64,000 nt of DNA from Candidatus Bathyarchaeota archaeon. Lineage in GTDB: Archaea; Thermoproteota; Bathyarchaeia; Bathyarchaeales; Bathycorpusculaceae. The first letter of the stretch is position 1. The number at the start of each line of letters is the position of its first letter. The notes below the pieces were generated by a model, which worked only from the letters and a program-made list of their open reading frames with translations, searched no databases and had not been told where the DNA came from. The position numbers were made by a program, and so were the translations under genes. This document shows positions 1 through 10,319 of the stretch, one piece after another. The DNA lies in the NCBI GenBank assembly GCA_963826715.1, contig CAWGYA010000008.1, forward strand, positions 448,001 through 512,000, given 5' to 3'.

Positions 1-1018
1 AAATAATGTAGATTGGACGGATTTTCTTTACAAAAGGCAACATTAAAACCAGCATTGCTATGGCTGGAAACAAGTAGCGTTCATGAATACGTGTGGGTAA
101 CATAAAGAAACTAAAGATGAGCATAAACGCACAAAAAATAACCAACATATAATCTGAAATTTTGTAGCGTTTGTGCAGAACATATATCGTTAATGTGGCA
201 AACCCTGCAAATAGTGCCCAGCCTAAAATGTTTAGTCCGCCGCCGTCGGGCATCCATAGCCCAAACATCCCCCACAAGTTGAAAGCGTTTATTGACGTGT
301 ATGCATAGCCACCGTAAGCACCAAAGTAGATGTCACTTAGAAAAGTCACAGGGTTACTCCATTGGAAAGGCAAAATTACTATGAATATCGTGGCAGCAAA
401 TGTAACTACCGAAGTTGCTAACCTCTTTAAACCGTCTTTCTTAATAATTAGAAAGGCGATGAGGGGCAACAACGCTATACTTTGTGGTTTAGTTAGCAGT
501 CCAATAGCAAAAACTGCAGCTGATGCTTCAGGTTTGTTTTTTAGGGCAAATATCAAAGAGAGAACCAAGAAGAAGGTGTAAATCGCGTCGAATTGTCCCC
601 ATACCGCCACATTAAACAGTATGGCAGGATTAAAAGCGTAGAATGAAGTGGCAAGTAGACTCTGGTTTATGTTTAGGTGTTTGCGGATGAAAAAGTAAAT
701 CAACCCAATAGTTGCTATGTCAAAGAGGGTTGGCGCCAGCTTTACGATATAAGCCGTATTGACAGCGGGAACTGCATGGGCTATGGAACCGAACGTCCAG
801 AAAATGTAAACATTGAATGGCGGGTAATCTGACCAGCTTACCACATCATAGAATGGTCGTATGCCATATTGGCTGGCGGTGCTAAACCATGAGATGAACG
901 TGTTGGTGTCGTTTTGGTATCCTTGTAGAGGAAACAGCAGAAGTCTAACTAGGAAGGCTATGAGAAGCAAAACAGCTAAGCCTACGACTTCACGTTGCTT
1001 AACCGGGAAACTAACCAT
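1..1018 (-). CDS. GT-C fold membrane glycosyltransferase (mannosyltransferase-like), 3' end outside window
   Basis: Manual translation from ATG at 1018: MVSFPVKQREVVGLAVLLLIAFLVRLLLFPLQGYQNDTNTF...DYPP...WGQFDAI...HERYLFP; multi-TM; absent from ORF track because it runs off the edge. Confidence 0.8.
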   Translation of the reverse strand, partial: MVSFPVKQREVVGLAVLLLIAFLVRLLLFPLQGYQNDTNTFISWFSTASQYGIRPFYDVVSWSDYPPFNVYIFWTFGSIAHAVPAVNTAYIVKLAPTLFDIATIGLIYFFIRKHLNINQSLLATSFYAFNPAILFNVAVWGQFDAIYTFFLVLSLIFALKNKPEASAAVFAIGLLTKPQSIALLPLIAFLIIKKDGLKRLATSVVTFAATIFIVILPFQWSNPVTFLSDIYFGAYGGYAYTSINAFNLWGMFGLWMPDGGGLNILGWALFAGFATLTIYVLHKRYKISDYMLVIFCAFMLIFSFFMLPTRIHERYLFPAIAMLVLMLPFVKKIRPIYII

Positions 1019-1125
1019 TGTCCCCTCTCAGAAAGATACTTTGTATCCTAAACATAAGAAGGTTTTTGCAAAAACATTAGGTGCCTTGTTTTTAGAAAAT
1101 AAATCTGGAAAAGTCTTTGTTAGTT

Positions 1126-1440
1126 TTATGTTTCCTTGATGGCAGATATCTCTTGGGTGAGTTCTTGGAAATGCTTCATCACCGTAATGCCTCGTTGAGT
1201 AACTGCAAAAACAGAGTGTCTTTTGTTAGTTATTCGTTCTTCTACTAAACCCTTCTTTCTTAGAAAGCATAGATACTCTTTGAGTATACTACCGTTGAAG
1301 TTTGATTTGTACATGATGTGTGTCATCTTCAATTGACCTGTTTGCGCCAACACTTTGAGAATATTAATGTATCTTTCCATTTTTGATCGTCTAATCAGTC
1401 GCACCCCACAATTCTCCAGTTTCAAAAGTGGTCTTTCCAT
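1126..1440 (-). CDS. winged-helix transcriptional regulator (ArnR1-like)
   Basis: RRSKMERYINIL...THIMYKSN...L..KGLV...VTQRG pattern. Confidence 0.8.
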   Translation of the reverse strand: MERPLLKLENCGVRLIRRSKMERYINILKVLAQTGQLKMTHIMYKSNFNGSILKEYLCFLRKKGLVEERITNKRHSVFAVTQRGITVMKHFQELTQEISAIKET

Positions 1441-1528
1441 TGCATAATCGGATGTTTTTTAATAACTTTTGCTATCACATGGAAATGCTTAAAATGATTT
1501 TAACCGTATTCTGAAAAGGGGCAAAAAC

Positions 1529-1783
1529 ATGACCTTAGGCAGACTTTATGAAGAATTAATTCCAATCGATCAATTATCCTATAAAGGATATAATACTCCT
1601 GAACTTGCAAATGCTAAAATAAAACAAATTTTAGATGAGGCAAAAAAAGACATGCCGCCTTTCATCGAAAAATGGGTTAATACAGAAAACGAACCTGATT
1701 GGAAAGCGACATGTGAAGCAATGGACAAAAGAAATATGGAAAGGGAAAAATGGTTCATTAAATGGTTTGGTGAACAGAAATAA
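1529..1783 (+). CDS. hypothetical protein
   Basis: 84-aa ORF with ATG and upstream CTTAAA TATA-like box. Confidence 0.5.
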   Translation: MTLGRLYEELIPIDQLSYKGYNTPELANAKIKQILDEAKKDMPPFIEKWVNTENEPDWKATCEAMDKRNMEREKWFIKWFGEQK

Positions 1784-1844
1784 ATCGAGACATCATTTTT
1801 ACGCCTACCTTAAGTCTAAATCAGTTTTTCTAAGCGCCTCTCTT

Positions 1845-1969
1845 CAACTTTACCAGCTTTCTTATACTATGTTATTCAAGACTCCGATACCCTTCTTCAA
1901 CTCCTCAGGACTCCCATTCATTTGAGCTTCAACAGACACAGCCACTTTATAATTAATCATAAATTTCAT
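1845..1969 (-). pseudogene. fragment of YCII-like protein, paralogue of 50546..50875
   Basis: MKFMINYKVAVSVEAQMNGSPEELKKG... aligns with MKKFMILYLAPVSAEAQMNVSPEELKKGMEPWMAWYKKAG; one frameshift and both Trp codons mutated to stops. Confidence 0.75.
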
Positions 1970-2178
1970 CAAAATACACAATTAAGAATTAATGGTCATA
2001 AAGAGTAACAAACTAACAAAAAGCGTTTATGACTACTTTTAAACTTCAACAATACCAAGCTAAGTTTGTATCTCTATAGCGGGGTTAAATTATTATCTAT
2101 CGTCAAAAACAGTGACGTATCCTAATTCGGATAGATTTATAATAGCCTGAACCCCAATTTTGATTGAGGTAACATGTA

Positions 2179-2604
2179 TTGTATGAAAAAATATTGGTGC
2201 CTGTTGATGGTTCAGATAACTGCAATACTGCTTTAAGAGAAGCTATTAAGTTAGCTAAATTGACAGGGGGCAAGATCACAGTTATACATGTATATTTAAA
2301 GTGGTCTCCAGCAATTATGGATGATAAGGAAGGTTGGCTTGAGGCGTTAAAAGATGCAGCTAAAACTATTTTGGATGACTCCAAGAAAATAGCTGCAGTA
2401 GAGGGTTTTAAAGTTGAAACCTTATTAGTTGATGGTGATGCAGTGCAAGAGATAACTAAAACAGCCCATGACAAGAATTTCGATTTGATTGTTATGGGTG
2501 CAAAAGGCAAGAGTAATCTATCAAAGCTTTTCCTTGGGAGCGTCAGCAGCGGAGTACTAAAAAATTCAGCCTGCCCTGTACTAATCACAAAGTGCTTTGG
2601 ATAG
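2179..2604 (+). CDS. universal stress protein (UspA family)
   Basis: KILVPVDGS...DLIVMGAKG...LGSVS..V....CPVLI. Confidence 0.92.
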   Translation: MYEKILVPVDGSDNCNTALREAIKLAKLTGGKITVIHVYLKWSPAIMDDKEGWLEALKDAAKTILDDSKKIAAVEGFKVETLLVDGDAVQEITKTAHDKNFDLIVMGAKGKSNLSKLFLGSVSSGVLKNSACPVLITKCFG

Positions 2605-2976
2605 CAATCCAATAACCAATTTTTTAAAAAATAACGAACTCAACAAATACTCTTTTTTTATCTCTTGACCATCGCGTGTTTAGTGAGGAAGTCTTTAGAA
2701 GTTCTTACCCGGAACTAGAAAACATATTTTCTTTAGCTACGCATCAGCTCTTGAATCTTTAATAACTTAATGCTCACAGGAGCTCGCAATGTCTAAACGG
2801 AAAATTACTATCAACAAGTATTGAGACGTAAAACCATTATTCCCTGAATTGCAAATGCAACAGTTATTGTTGCTTTTCAAGAAAATAATTCCAATGTAGT
2901 TTGTACACGAGATCGCATTCCAAAGACTTTTAAACTAAATGGGTTAAATTAGAGATTAAGTGTGGAGTTGCCTAAA

Positions 2977-3362
2977 ATGACCCAAACTAATCCTCTATAC
3001 CCAAATGGCACAAATTTTGTGTTAATTGCTGAGCTATGATTTATGCAAGAGCTGAAATTTGCCCTAAATGTGGCGTTAGAGTTTCTCCCCCTCCAGCTCC
3101 ACCAATGCCTTCACAGTATACTAACATTGAAAGAAAAAGCGAAGGATTAGCAGCAGTTGCCTCATTCATATTTGTGGGTTTAGGACAGATATATAATGGT
3201 CAAATTGGGAAAGGAATAATGTTCATAATACTTGGCGTATTTTTCGTGTTCACAATGATATTTCTGATTGGCTTTCCGTTATACCCACTTTTCTGGATTT
3301 ACAATGTCTACGATGCCTACAACACTGATAAGCAAATAAATGCTGGTTTAATTAAAACGTAG
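2977..3362 (+). CDS. double zinc-ribbon + TM2-like membrane protein (5' end frameshifted)
   Basis: CVNC..CPKCG and KSEGLAAVASF..VGLGQIYNGQIGKG; ATG 2977 out of frame with the main ORF 3036..3362. Confidence 0.7.
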
Positions 3363-3412
3363 GCAACAATACAGTTACTAATACTTAAGACTTAAATTTA
3401 GACATATATAGA

Positions 3413-3748
3413 TTACTTGTGTTTTTTCCAAACAAGCTTTAGTAATTCTACAATTTTATCCTCATCAATTTGTTCCAGAGAGCTAATTTCAAAATGTTTC
3501 ATTGTTTTTCCTGATCCTTCAAGCAGCATCTGTTCTTCTTTTGAAAGACCTTTTAACGATAAACCCAAATTAACATGGTTTTCCAATGCAACAATATAGT
3601 AAATACCTTTAGCATACGTTGGAACACCCCACTTCATTTCTTCTTCAATGCCTGTAAAAGACTCAACAACAATTCTTCTAAGTTCCAAACAGATTTTTTT
3701 CTGTGAAGAGCTCTGCTTTTCAAAATACTCATCAACTTTATTGCTCAT
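3413..3748 (-). CDS. DUF1801/YdhG-like protein
   Basis: VDEYF...LRRIV...EEEMKWGVPTY...HVNLG...LLEGSGKTMKH. Confidence 0.8.
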   Translation of the reverse strand: MSNKVDEYFEKQSSSQKKICLELRRIVVESFTGIEEEMKWGVPTYAKGIYYIVALENHVNLGLSLKGLSKEEQMLLEGSGKTMKHFEISSLEQIDEDKIVELLKLVWKKHK

Positions 3749-4190
3749 TTACATTCCCTGGGTATTTCATTAAAAATTATAGCACTTAAAAGCTTAAGCC
3801 AAACTCAATAGGTAAAAGTTATTTTTTGCAATCCATCAGTTCTAGCCATTTGATATTTACATTGGAGTATCTTTCTTATTTTTCGATAATATGACCTAAC
3901 CAGGACATTCTTAATTTTGGGATGGAGCGTCTTCAAATTTAGTTAAATCTTTGATGAAATAATATTCACAATTACAGAAAACAAGGGTGTAGGCTCTAAA
4001 ATTCTGATATTTTAAACCTAAAGAGTTTCTTATTGTCTTTTCTCCACGTATTCAATGAATTTTCTACTGTTATTTACAACTTACTTCAATTCAATCACAC
4101 ATAATAGCTCGTTTCCAGACTTATCCTTATTCCTTGACCTTGCTACTGAGATTTCGCCAGTCTGGGGACCAAATTAGAATTTGATCAAGT

Positions 4191-4590
4191 ATGTCAAGAA
4201 TAAAAGGCTATAATTTGAATGTGAAAAATGCCAAGTTAAAACGTCAATAGAAGTATTTTATCGCAAAGATGGACAAGTGGGTTATTCTATGGCAAGACAT
4301 CTTGGATCAAATAAAAAATACTACTACCAATCAACAAAGCATAGAATATACCAATAAAAAACTCAGAAAACTATCTATTATTGATCCCTGTCAAGGTTTT
4401 GAAGGTAAATCCATTGAGCGTTCAAATGATGAATCAAAGTTTTTTAATAAGAATGGAGCCTTCGGCGGGATTTGGACCCGCGACCATTACCTTACCAAGG
4501 CTGGACAGTAACAGGATAGCGAAACTTTTGATTTGGAAGGCTTTGGCCAAATTATTATTTGCTAAATATTCACGAAGGTATGCAAAAGTA
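4191..4590 (+). pseudogene. partitioned-integrase N-fragment (CxxC Zn-finger) reading through att copy into a short downstream relic
   Basis: Clear nucleotide paralogue of 6404..6715 with frameshifts; continues through the tRNA-Thr 3' duplication as EPSAGFGPATITLPR. Confidence 0.6.
4454..4500 (-). repeat. 47-bp att site: duplicate of 3' part of tRNA-Thr(GGT)
   Basis: tggagccttcggcgggatttggacccgcgaccattaccttaccaagg identical to 6666..6712. Confidence 0.95.
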
Positions 4591-4843
4591 AGGTCACATC
4601 CTGTGCGTTTTGTTTCTTCATCTTATTCAACAAAGTAGGGATATTCAGAAACTTTATGATGAATTGTAACCTCGAGTTAATTTGAATAAATATCGCAGTA
4701 TCCACACTTTCATCGAAGATTATCCTTAACAAATTGCATCAAAACATAAAGTGGAAAAAAAGAGTTCTTGTCTTAATGTGGCGGTAGATTTAATGCTCTC
4801 AAATTTATAGTTTAAATTCTGAAATATTGGAGGAGTCGTAAAA

Positions 4844-5590
4844 ATGAAAAGAGTTCTTAATTGGCAAATAGTTCTTGCTTTAATTTTAGTGGCTCTTTCA
4901 ATTAGTTTCTATTTGCTTCATTATTTAATATTCCAAGATATACACCATATTTTCATTTATCTCATAGGTGACATAGCTTTTCTATTCATAGATGTCATGA
5001 TAGTAACCCTAGTCTTGAACCGCTTGCTTGTATTTAGGGAAAAACAGTCCAATATGAAAAAACTCAATGTTGTGATTGATACCTTTTTTAGCGAAGTGGG
5101 TGCGGATTTATTGAAAATATGTTTAAAGTTTGATTCCAATTTGGATGATTCTAGAAAAAAGCTTCTAATAGCAAGAGATTGGTCAGATAGAGATTTTTTT
5201 ATTACAAAACAAAACATACAACAGAGTGGAATAATCAACAGCAAGAGATACGACCTTGATGAAGTAAAGATTTTTTTAATAAACAAAAGACAGTTTTTAC
5301 TTAATTTACTGGAGAACCCACATTTAGTTGAACATGAGTCTTTCACCAATTTACTTTTAGCTATTTTACATTTGACCGATGAATTAGCAAATAGAAAGAA
5401 CCTCAAAAAATTACCTGAATCTGACTATAACCACCTCTCGGAAGACATGAAAAGAGTCTATAACCAGCTAATTTTGCAGTGGCTGGAGTATATGAGACAA
5501 CTAAAAAAAGATTATCCGTATCTATTCTCTTTAGCTTTAAGGATTAATCCATTTGATGAAAATGCTTCAGTAGAAATTAACGATCCTTAA
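4844..5590 (+). CDS. conserved-looking membrane protein (2 N-terminal TM + soluble domain)
   Basis: 248-aa ORF, GGAGG upstream, hydrophobic N-terminus. Confidence 0.75.
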   Translation: MKRVLNWQIVLALILVALSISFYLLHYLIFQDIHHIFIYLIGDIAFLFIDVMIVTLVLNRLLVFREKQSNMKKLNVVIDTFFSEVGADLLKICLKFDSNLDDSRKKLLIARDWSDRDFFITKQNIQQSGIINSKRYDLDEVKIFLINKRQFLLNLLENPHLVEHESFTNLLLAILHLTDELANRKNLKKLPESDYNHLSEDMKRVYNQLILQWLEYMRQLKKDYPYLFSLALRINPFDENASVEINDP

Positions 5591-6051
5591 ACTGATGGTT
5601 TCGTTGAGGAATCCACCTATTACGTTTCTTTGATCAAACGGTAGGTTCCTTAAACAGCCGGTCGCCATATATTTCATCTAAAATCAGGTTTGATGGTTCG
5701 GCGTCTGATCAATTGAATATTTAGCGCATGCCGAATAATTTAGGTGCCTTTTTCAAAGAGTAAATAGTGTGCAACTCCTCGTCCATTGTATGTTGCTTGA
5801 TATGAGTAAAGCATCCACCCCTTTTCTTGTCATGCCAATATGGTTTTGTTAATATCTTTGTGGTGATTTACTTCTTCACAGGCCCATTCGTTCAAAACAA
5901 AAAACCTCTAAGAAAGGTATACTCAGAAAAATATAAAGTCTCTGAATGTTCCAAAAGGGCACCAAAGTTCTTAAACAAAAACAAACATAACAAGTCAACA
6001 ATAGGAACACTGAAGAACGTATGTTTGCTTTATCCTTTCATTAGTCCCCCA

Positions 6052-6347
6052 ATGTGGATTTATGTATACATTTTCACATTAACAACGGGCATAGTTATTT
6101 TTGCAGGGCTAATAGCACTGTTGATTTTTCCTTCTCACTACAAAAAGACAGCAGTACTATTAGGAATAACTGGGTTAATTCAAATAATAATTTCAAGCTT
6201 GGTATACTAACTTATCACATTTTCATTGTTTTTCCATTACAGTTCGTTGTTGTTGGAATAGTTGCTCTAACAATAGGAGTAGTTATTGCCATATACGGCA
6301 CAGTTAAAAAGAAAAACAATAGAAGGGCACTCCAAAATAGTTCTTAG
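6052..6347 (+). pseudogene. small membrane protein, frameshifted
   Basis: Hydrophobic helices continue across two overlapping frames (5827..6210 and 6054..6347). Confidence 0.4.
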
Positions 6348-6403
6348 AAGAACCTTATAAGTTACATTGACAGTCTGGGGACCCACTTTAGGATTGGTCA
6401 AGT

Positions 6404-6715
6404 ATGTCAAGAATCAAGGTCACAGGGTTTGAATGTGAAAAATGCCAAGTTAAAACGTCAATATAAGTTTTTTATCGTAAGGATGGACAAGTTGGATACT
6501 CTAGAGCCAGGCATCTTGGGGAAAATAAAAAGTACTACTATCATCAGCAAAGCCTAGAGTATGTTAATAGAAAACTTAGAGAAATATCAAATATTGATCA
6601 TGGTCAAGGTTTTGAAGGTAAATCCATTGAGCATGCCAATGATAAATCAAGGTTAAATTGTGATGTGGAGCCTTCGGCGGGATTTGGACCCGCGACCATT
6701 ACCTTACCAAGGTAA
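6404..6715 (+). pseudogene. partitioned-integrase N-fragment Int(N), overlapping tRNA-Thr antisense
   Basis: MSRIKVTGFECEKCQVKTSI*VFYRKDGQVGYSRARH...YYYHQQS...EPSAGFGPATITLPR*; one in-frame TAA at 6464 (GAA/CAA in paralogues). Confidence 0.65.
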
Positions 6716-6742
6716 CGCCCCACCGGGCTAGGCTACGAAGGC
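6666..6742 (-). tRNA. tRNA-Thr(GGT)
   Basis: GCCTTCG acceptor/CGAAGGC-T-CCA, anticodon arm TTACC-TT-GGT-AA-GGTAA, T-loop GGTCCAAATCC. Confidence 0.95.
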
Positions 6743-6909
6743 AAATTTTTACTCTTCCCCTCAAACAACATACGATAGTAAATAAAATGCTTACGGTTAC
6801 ACTGCTCCTTATCAACGGCAAACCTCATGCAAACAAGACTTAAACCCCAGATTCCTGGGGGCAAATAAATATTAAAGGAGGCAGAAATATCTCAGTACAC
6901 TCAGAGCAT

Positions 6910-6994
6910 GCAGGGGTCTCCAAGCCAGGTCAACGGAGTAGGGCTTAGGACCCTATCGCGTAGGCGTTCGTGGGTTCGAATCCCACCCCCTGCA
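6910..6994 (+). tRNA. tRNA-Leu(TAG)
   Basis: GCAGGGG/CCCCTGC-A acceptor, TAGGG-CT-TAG-GA-CCCTA anticodon arm, long variable arm, GGTTCGAATCC. Confidence 0.95.
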
Positions 6995-7052
6995 CCTTTA
7001 TAAGTAAAACTATAGGGGGTCCCGCCGTGGAGACACTTTGGGTTTTTGCCTG

Positions 7053-8369
7053 CTAAAGTTTGCGTTTTCGGAAAATCTTTGCTCCTTGAAACTCGGTGAC
7101 GTATTCAAAGCCTGAGTCAACTAAGCTTAAGATTTCTTTCTCAGTTCTAGCGACTTTGGAGATGTAGTTTGTTTCGCCTTGAAATAGCGCTTCTTCAAGC
7201 TGAACGTACAAAAGCGTATTTTTGATGTTTTTGTGTCCTAATCGCATCATAACATAATACATGTCTTTGGTTTCGTGGTATAGTATTGTTCCTTTCCAGT
7301 ACCGGAAAGTGTGGAAGTGGATTTTTAGCAATCGTTGGTTGTTGACCTTGTGAGATAGGCGTCTTCTTTGCTGGCAAAGTAGAGTTCCGAAGTGGTCAAC
7401 TGGCATGTGTGGATGTGAGAAGATTCTATCTCCGTAAATTCTTGGCTGTTTCTGAAGCATTTCTAAGAGTTTGTTGCTAAGATGCACGACTCTTGGATTG
7501 CTGTGTTTTTCAGCGGTTATGTTTACGACTTTGCTTTCGAAGTCTATATCGTCCAATTTTAGTGTCCATATTTCGCCGCATCTTGCGCCTGTTTCTTTTA
7601 GCATTTGTAGAAATGTTGCCATGCGACTTGTGCAGCCTGCGATGAGTTGGTCGATTTCAGTTTCTTTGGGGATGAATGGTAGTTTGCGGATTGTTTGGTA
7701 TAACGGTGGGTTCCATGTGCCGCCCGCCATCTTTAGATAGGATGAGTAGGTGTCTACTGCGTTGTTTTTTCTTCCGTTGCACCATGTTTGCTTTGCGATT
7801 ACTTCTTTGATTGTTTCAGGATCATAGAGGTTAGCGCCGCGTTTGGTGAGGACTTTTAGAAGTTTTACTCTGCCTTCTATAGTTGCTTCGCTTTTGCCGT
7901 CTTTTTTTAGCCACCAAGCATATTCTATAATTTTTCCTGTAGCATCAGCAGTTTGCGTTGCGCCCTCCCGCTGGGCGTTTTCTTGTCGGGTTTGACTTGT
8001 GACCAAGGTTAATCCCCCTTGCCGGAGGGTCGATGCTCGTCCCTGACGGGATTCACTGCGTTCTTGGCAGTTAAAAGAATAAGCAGTAGGTGTATTTATT
8101 TTCAATTCTAAACATGTTTGTAGTGGTTTGTGTTCACTGAAGCGGTGTTTGCAGTCTTTACACTTCCATCGTTGTACTCGCTCACCATTTGTTAGTGGTC
8201 TTGTTCCTGCTTGAACTAAAACTATAGAGCCGCATAATGGACAGTATAGGTTAGGCTGTTTAGGGGGTTGGTGCAAGCGGTTTTCCACCGACTTCCTATC
8301 GGAATCTTGCCTTCTGCCAAGAACGCCAAAATCAGAATCAATTTGGAAGCCAACCTCTCCCTCAGTCAA
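7053..8369 (-). CDS. tyrosine recombinase/integrase with N-terminal IS1-InsA-like zinc ribbon
   Basis: Catalytic GARCGE, K, HTFRY, LGHKN, Y; N-terminal CPLCGS...QRWKCKDCKHRF. Confidence 0.92.
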   Translation of the reverse strand: MTEGEVGFQIDSDFGVLGRRQDSDRKSVENRLHQPPKQPNLYCPLCGSIVLVQAGTRPLTNGERVQRWKCKDCKHRFSEHKPLQTCLELKINTPTAYSFNCQERSESRQGRASTLRQGGLTLVTSQTRQENAQREGATQTADATGKIIEYAWWLKKDGKSEATIEGRVKLLKVLTKRGANLYDPETIKEVIAKQTWCNGRKNNAVDTYSSYLKMAGGTWNPPLYQTIRKLPFIPKETEIDQLIAGCTSRMATFLQMLKETGARCGEIWTLKLDDIDFESKVVNITAEKHSNPRVVHLSNKLLEMLQKQPRIYGDRIFSHPHMPVDHFGTLLCQQRRRLSHKVNNQRLLKIHFHTFRYWKGTILYHETKDMYYVMMRLGHKNIKNTLLYVQLEEALFQGETNYISKVARTEKEILSLVDSGFEYVTEFQGAKIFRKRKL

Positions 8370-8372
8370 CCA

Positions 8373-8585
8373 TTATCTCCCCTTGCTCACCTGATCAGGA
8401 TTACCCTTCTCAACCGCTTCATAGATTGCAACAAAGACTCCAAGTTCAGCGATGAAATGCAGAGCACGAATGGGTGGGTTCATCTGTACCTCTTCTCGTC
8501 TTCTGGCTGCATCTCTGGCAATTGCCAACAAAGAGCCTACTTCAGAGGTTTTGGCGTTTGGGATAATAACGAGAGCCTTAAGCAT
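8373..8585 (-). CDS. hypothetical protein, coupled between 8585..9499 and the integrase
   Basis: Start overlaps upstream stop; 3-bp gap to integrase start. Confidence 0.5.
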   Translation of the reverse strand: MLKALVIIPNAKTSEVGSLLAIARDAARRREEVQMNPPIRALHFIAELGVFVAIYEAVEKGNPDQVSKGR

Positions 8586-9499
8586 TACAGAGTCACCTGA
8601 ACATCTTTATAGCTGGTCGAATCTTCAGCGGTCATTTTTTCGGCAAAAGCATTTGGGAGCGGTTTTCTGGGTTGTTCAATGACTTCTTTTCTGGCTCTAA
8701 ATTTATCCCCGTTTTTCTTAAGGTAAACCCGTATTAACGCACCTGTCCAGTTCCTGTAAGTAACATGGTAAGACTTTCCGCTAATCTCCTTCTTGCCATC
8801 CCGTCCAAAATGCCACTGCATAACAATCCAATTAGAGACATTTGGAACCACGCTTCGCTTAAACACAAAAGAAGAAGATTCAGCCGACGTCTCAAGAATT
8901 GCCGCAACCTTACCTAAAATAGCAGTGAAATCAACCAATCCCTCTGGAGTAACCTCGATAGGATGCATACTACACTTAACATAACAAGTAACCATCCCAG
9001 TCCGATGCAAAAACACGGTTATCCGTAAATTTCCAGGAATAGCAACATCAAGAAACTTGATGTCTTTAGATTGCTTATTACTTGGCATACCTTTAACCCG
9101 CATTTTCCAATAAAGTCCATCAACCCTAAAACAAAGACAAACATCATGAACCCTCCAAATCTCCTCCCAACCAAACGACTCAATATAACTCAAATAACTA
9201 AGCTGCATGATCTTCCGATTATGACGACCCCCCATATGGGTAATCGTCACTTTTCCTCCATCGCCGAGTTTCTCATTACTAGGTAAAATATAGTAAGCAT
9301 TTGAGCTTCGACAGCAGCGGTCAAGCAACTTTAGCTTAACTAAATGGGAAAAAGCGTTTCTGATAGTATTGTTATTGTATTTTGAGGCAAATTCAAGCCA
9401 GCAAAAGCATTCATATGGGTGTGTCTTTGCGTAGAGAAGGATAGTCTTCTCCACTGGCCTCAAATGGCAATGTAAACTGTCAGCGTCATTTTTTTCCAA
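8585..9499 (-). CDS. element core protein with N-terminal wHTH (possible replication/DNA-binding protein)
   Basis: NTIRNAFSHLVKLKLL..(wing)..YYIL; position in the integrase operon; function not identified. Confidence 0.55.
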   Translation of the reverse strand: MEKNDADSLHCHLRPVEKTILLYAKTHPYECFCWLEFASKYNNNTIRNAFSHLVKLKLLDRCCRSSNAYYILPSNEKLGDGGKVTITHMGGRHNRKIMQLSYLSYIESFGWEEIWRVHDVCLCFRVDGLYWKMRVKGMPSNKQSKDIKFLDVAIPGNLRITVFLHRTGMVTCYVKCSMHPIEVTPEGLVDFTAILGKVAAILETSAESSSFVFKRSVVPNVSNWIVMQWHFGRDGKKEISGKSYHVTYRNWTGALIRVYLKKNGDKFRARKEVIEQPRKPLPNAFAEKMTAEDSTSYKDVQVTL

Positions 9500-9576
9500 G
9501 AGACTGTCACCAAGCTTTTATTATGTATCTACCTATAGTTGCAAAGTGAATTTCAGACTAACCTATGCGTGATTGA

Positions 9577-10215
9577 ATGGTCAACAACAAAGAAGTATGC
9601 GAACCTGCAAACTCTCAATATTACAAAGCAAGTGATACAAAGAGCTTAGGAGCAGACGCCAAAATAATCATCGCCTTACTGAAGCAACAACCCTTAAAGA
9701 GAGTAGAAATTTGCCAGAGAGCTAACATTAATGAGTCAACATTCAGTCGCTATAAACGCTTGTTGGTAAACCAAAAAATAATAAAAGAGTCAAATCAAGG
9801 GTTTAGCTTGTGGTTCTATATTGAATCGCCTACTTTATGGGATACAATGTATAGTGCACTTCAAAAGGAAGGGGGGAACCTCACTAGAGTAAAGTTAGAA
9901 AGGCTATTGAAAGACAGAAAAGCCTACGGAGCACACTTAGATGATGACTATGGTGAACACATTTCGATTGAGGGGGTAATTATTTTTAAAGGTGCGTCAA
10001 AACTAGAACAAGCTTTGTGTTCATGTCTTCCAAACAATTTTAGTTTTTATGGAATTAATACTTCAGGCGGATACTTTGTAACAACAGAATTAGTTAAGAA
10101 AGGCGACCGTTTAACGTTTAAGGATAGAATAGTTGAGGCAGATTGTGTTTCACAGTTTTTTGATGTAGAAACATTAAGCTTTTCTCTTGTGTTCCTCAAA
10201 AGACCTGATAATTAG
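9577..10215 (+). CDS. HTH-domain protein, divergent regulator candidate
   Basis: PLKRVEICQRANINESTFSRYKRLLVNQKII HTH. Confidence 0.6.
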   Translation: MVNNKEVCEPANSQYYKASDTKSLGADAKIIIALLKQQPLKRVEICQRANINESTFSRYKRLLVNQKIIKESNQGFSLWFYIESPTLWDTMYSALQKEGGNLTRVKLERLLKDRKAYGAHLDDDYGEHISIEGVIIFKGASKLEQALCSCLPNNFSFYGINTSGGYFVTTELVKKGDRLTFKDRIVEADCVSQFFDVETLSFSLVFLKRPDN

Positions 10216-10319
10216 GTCCTAGTTTGCTTAAACTCAAACTTTTTTCAAACCTGCTTCCATTATATCCATGAAGCTGTACAAGAGCTTTTGTAGGACGAAT
10301 GTAAAAGAAGCGACTGAAG

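Larger units (their letters stand above)
4454..6712. mobile_element. degenerate 2.3-kb integrated element at tRNA-Thr
   Basis: Bounded by 47-bp direct repeats, with Int(N) adjoining the intact tRNA. Confidence 0.7.

Noticed and set aside
330-1139. Plus-strand ORFs 330..581 and 861..1139
   Set aside because: Shadows of the minus-strand glycosyltransferase
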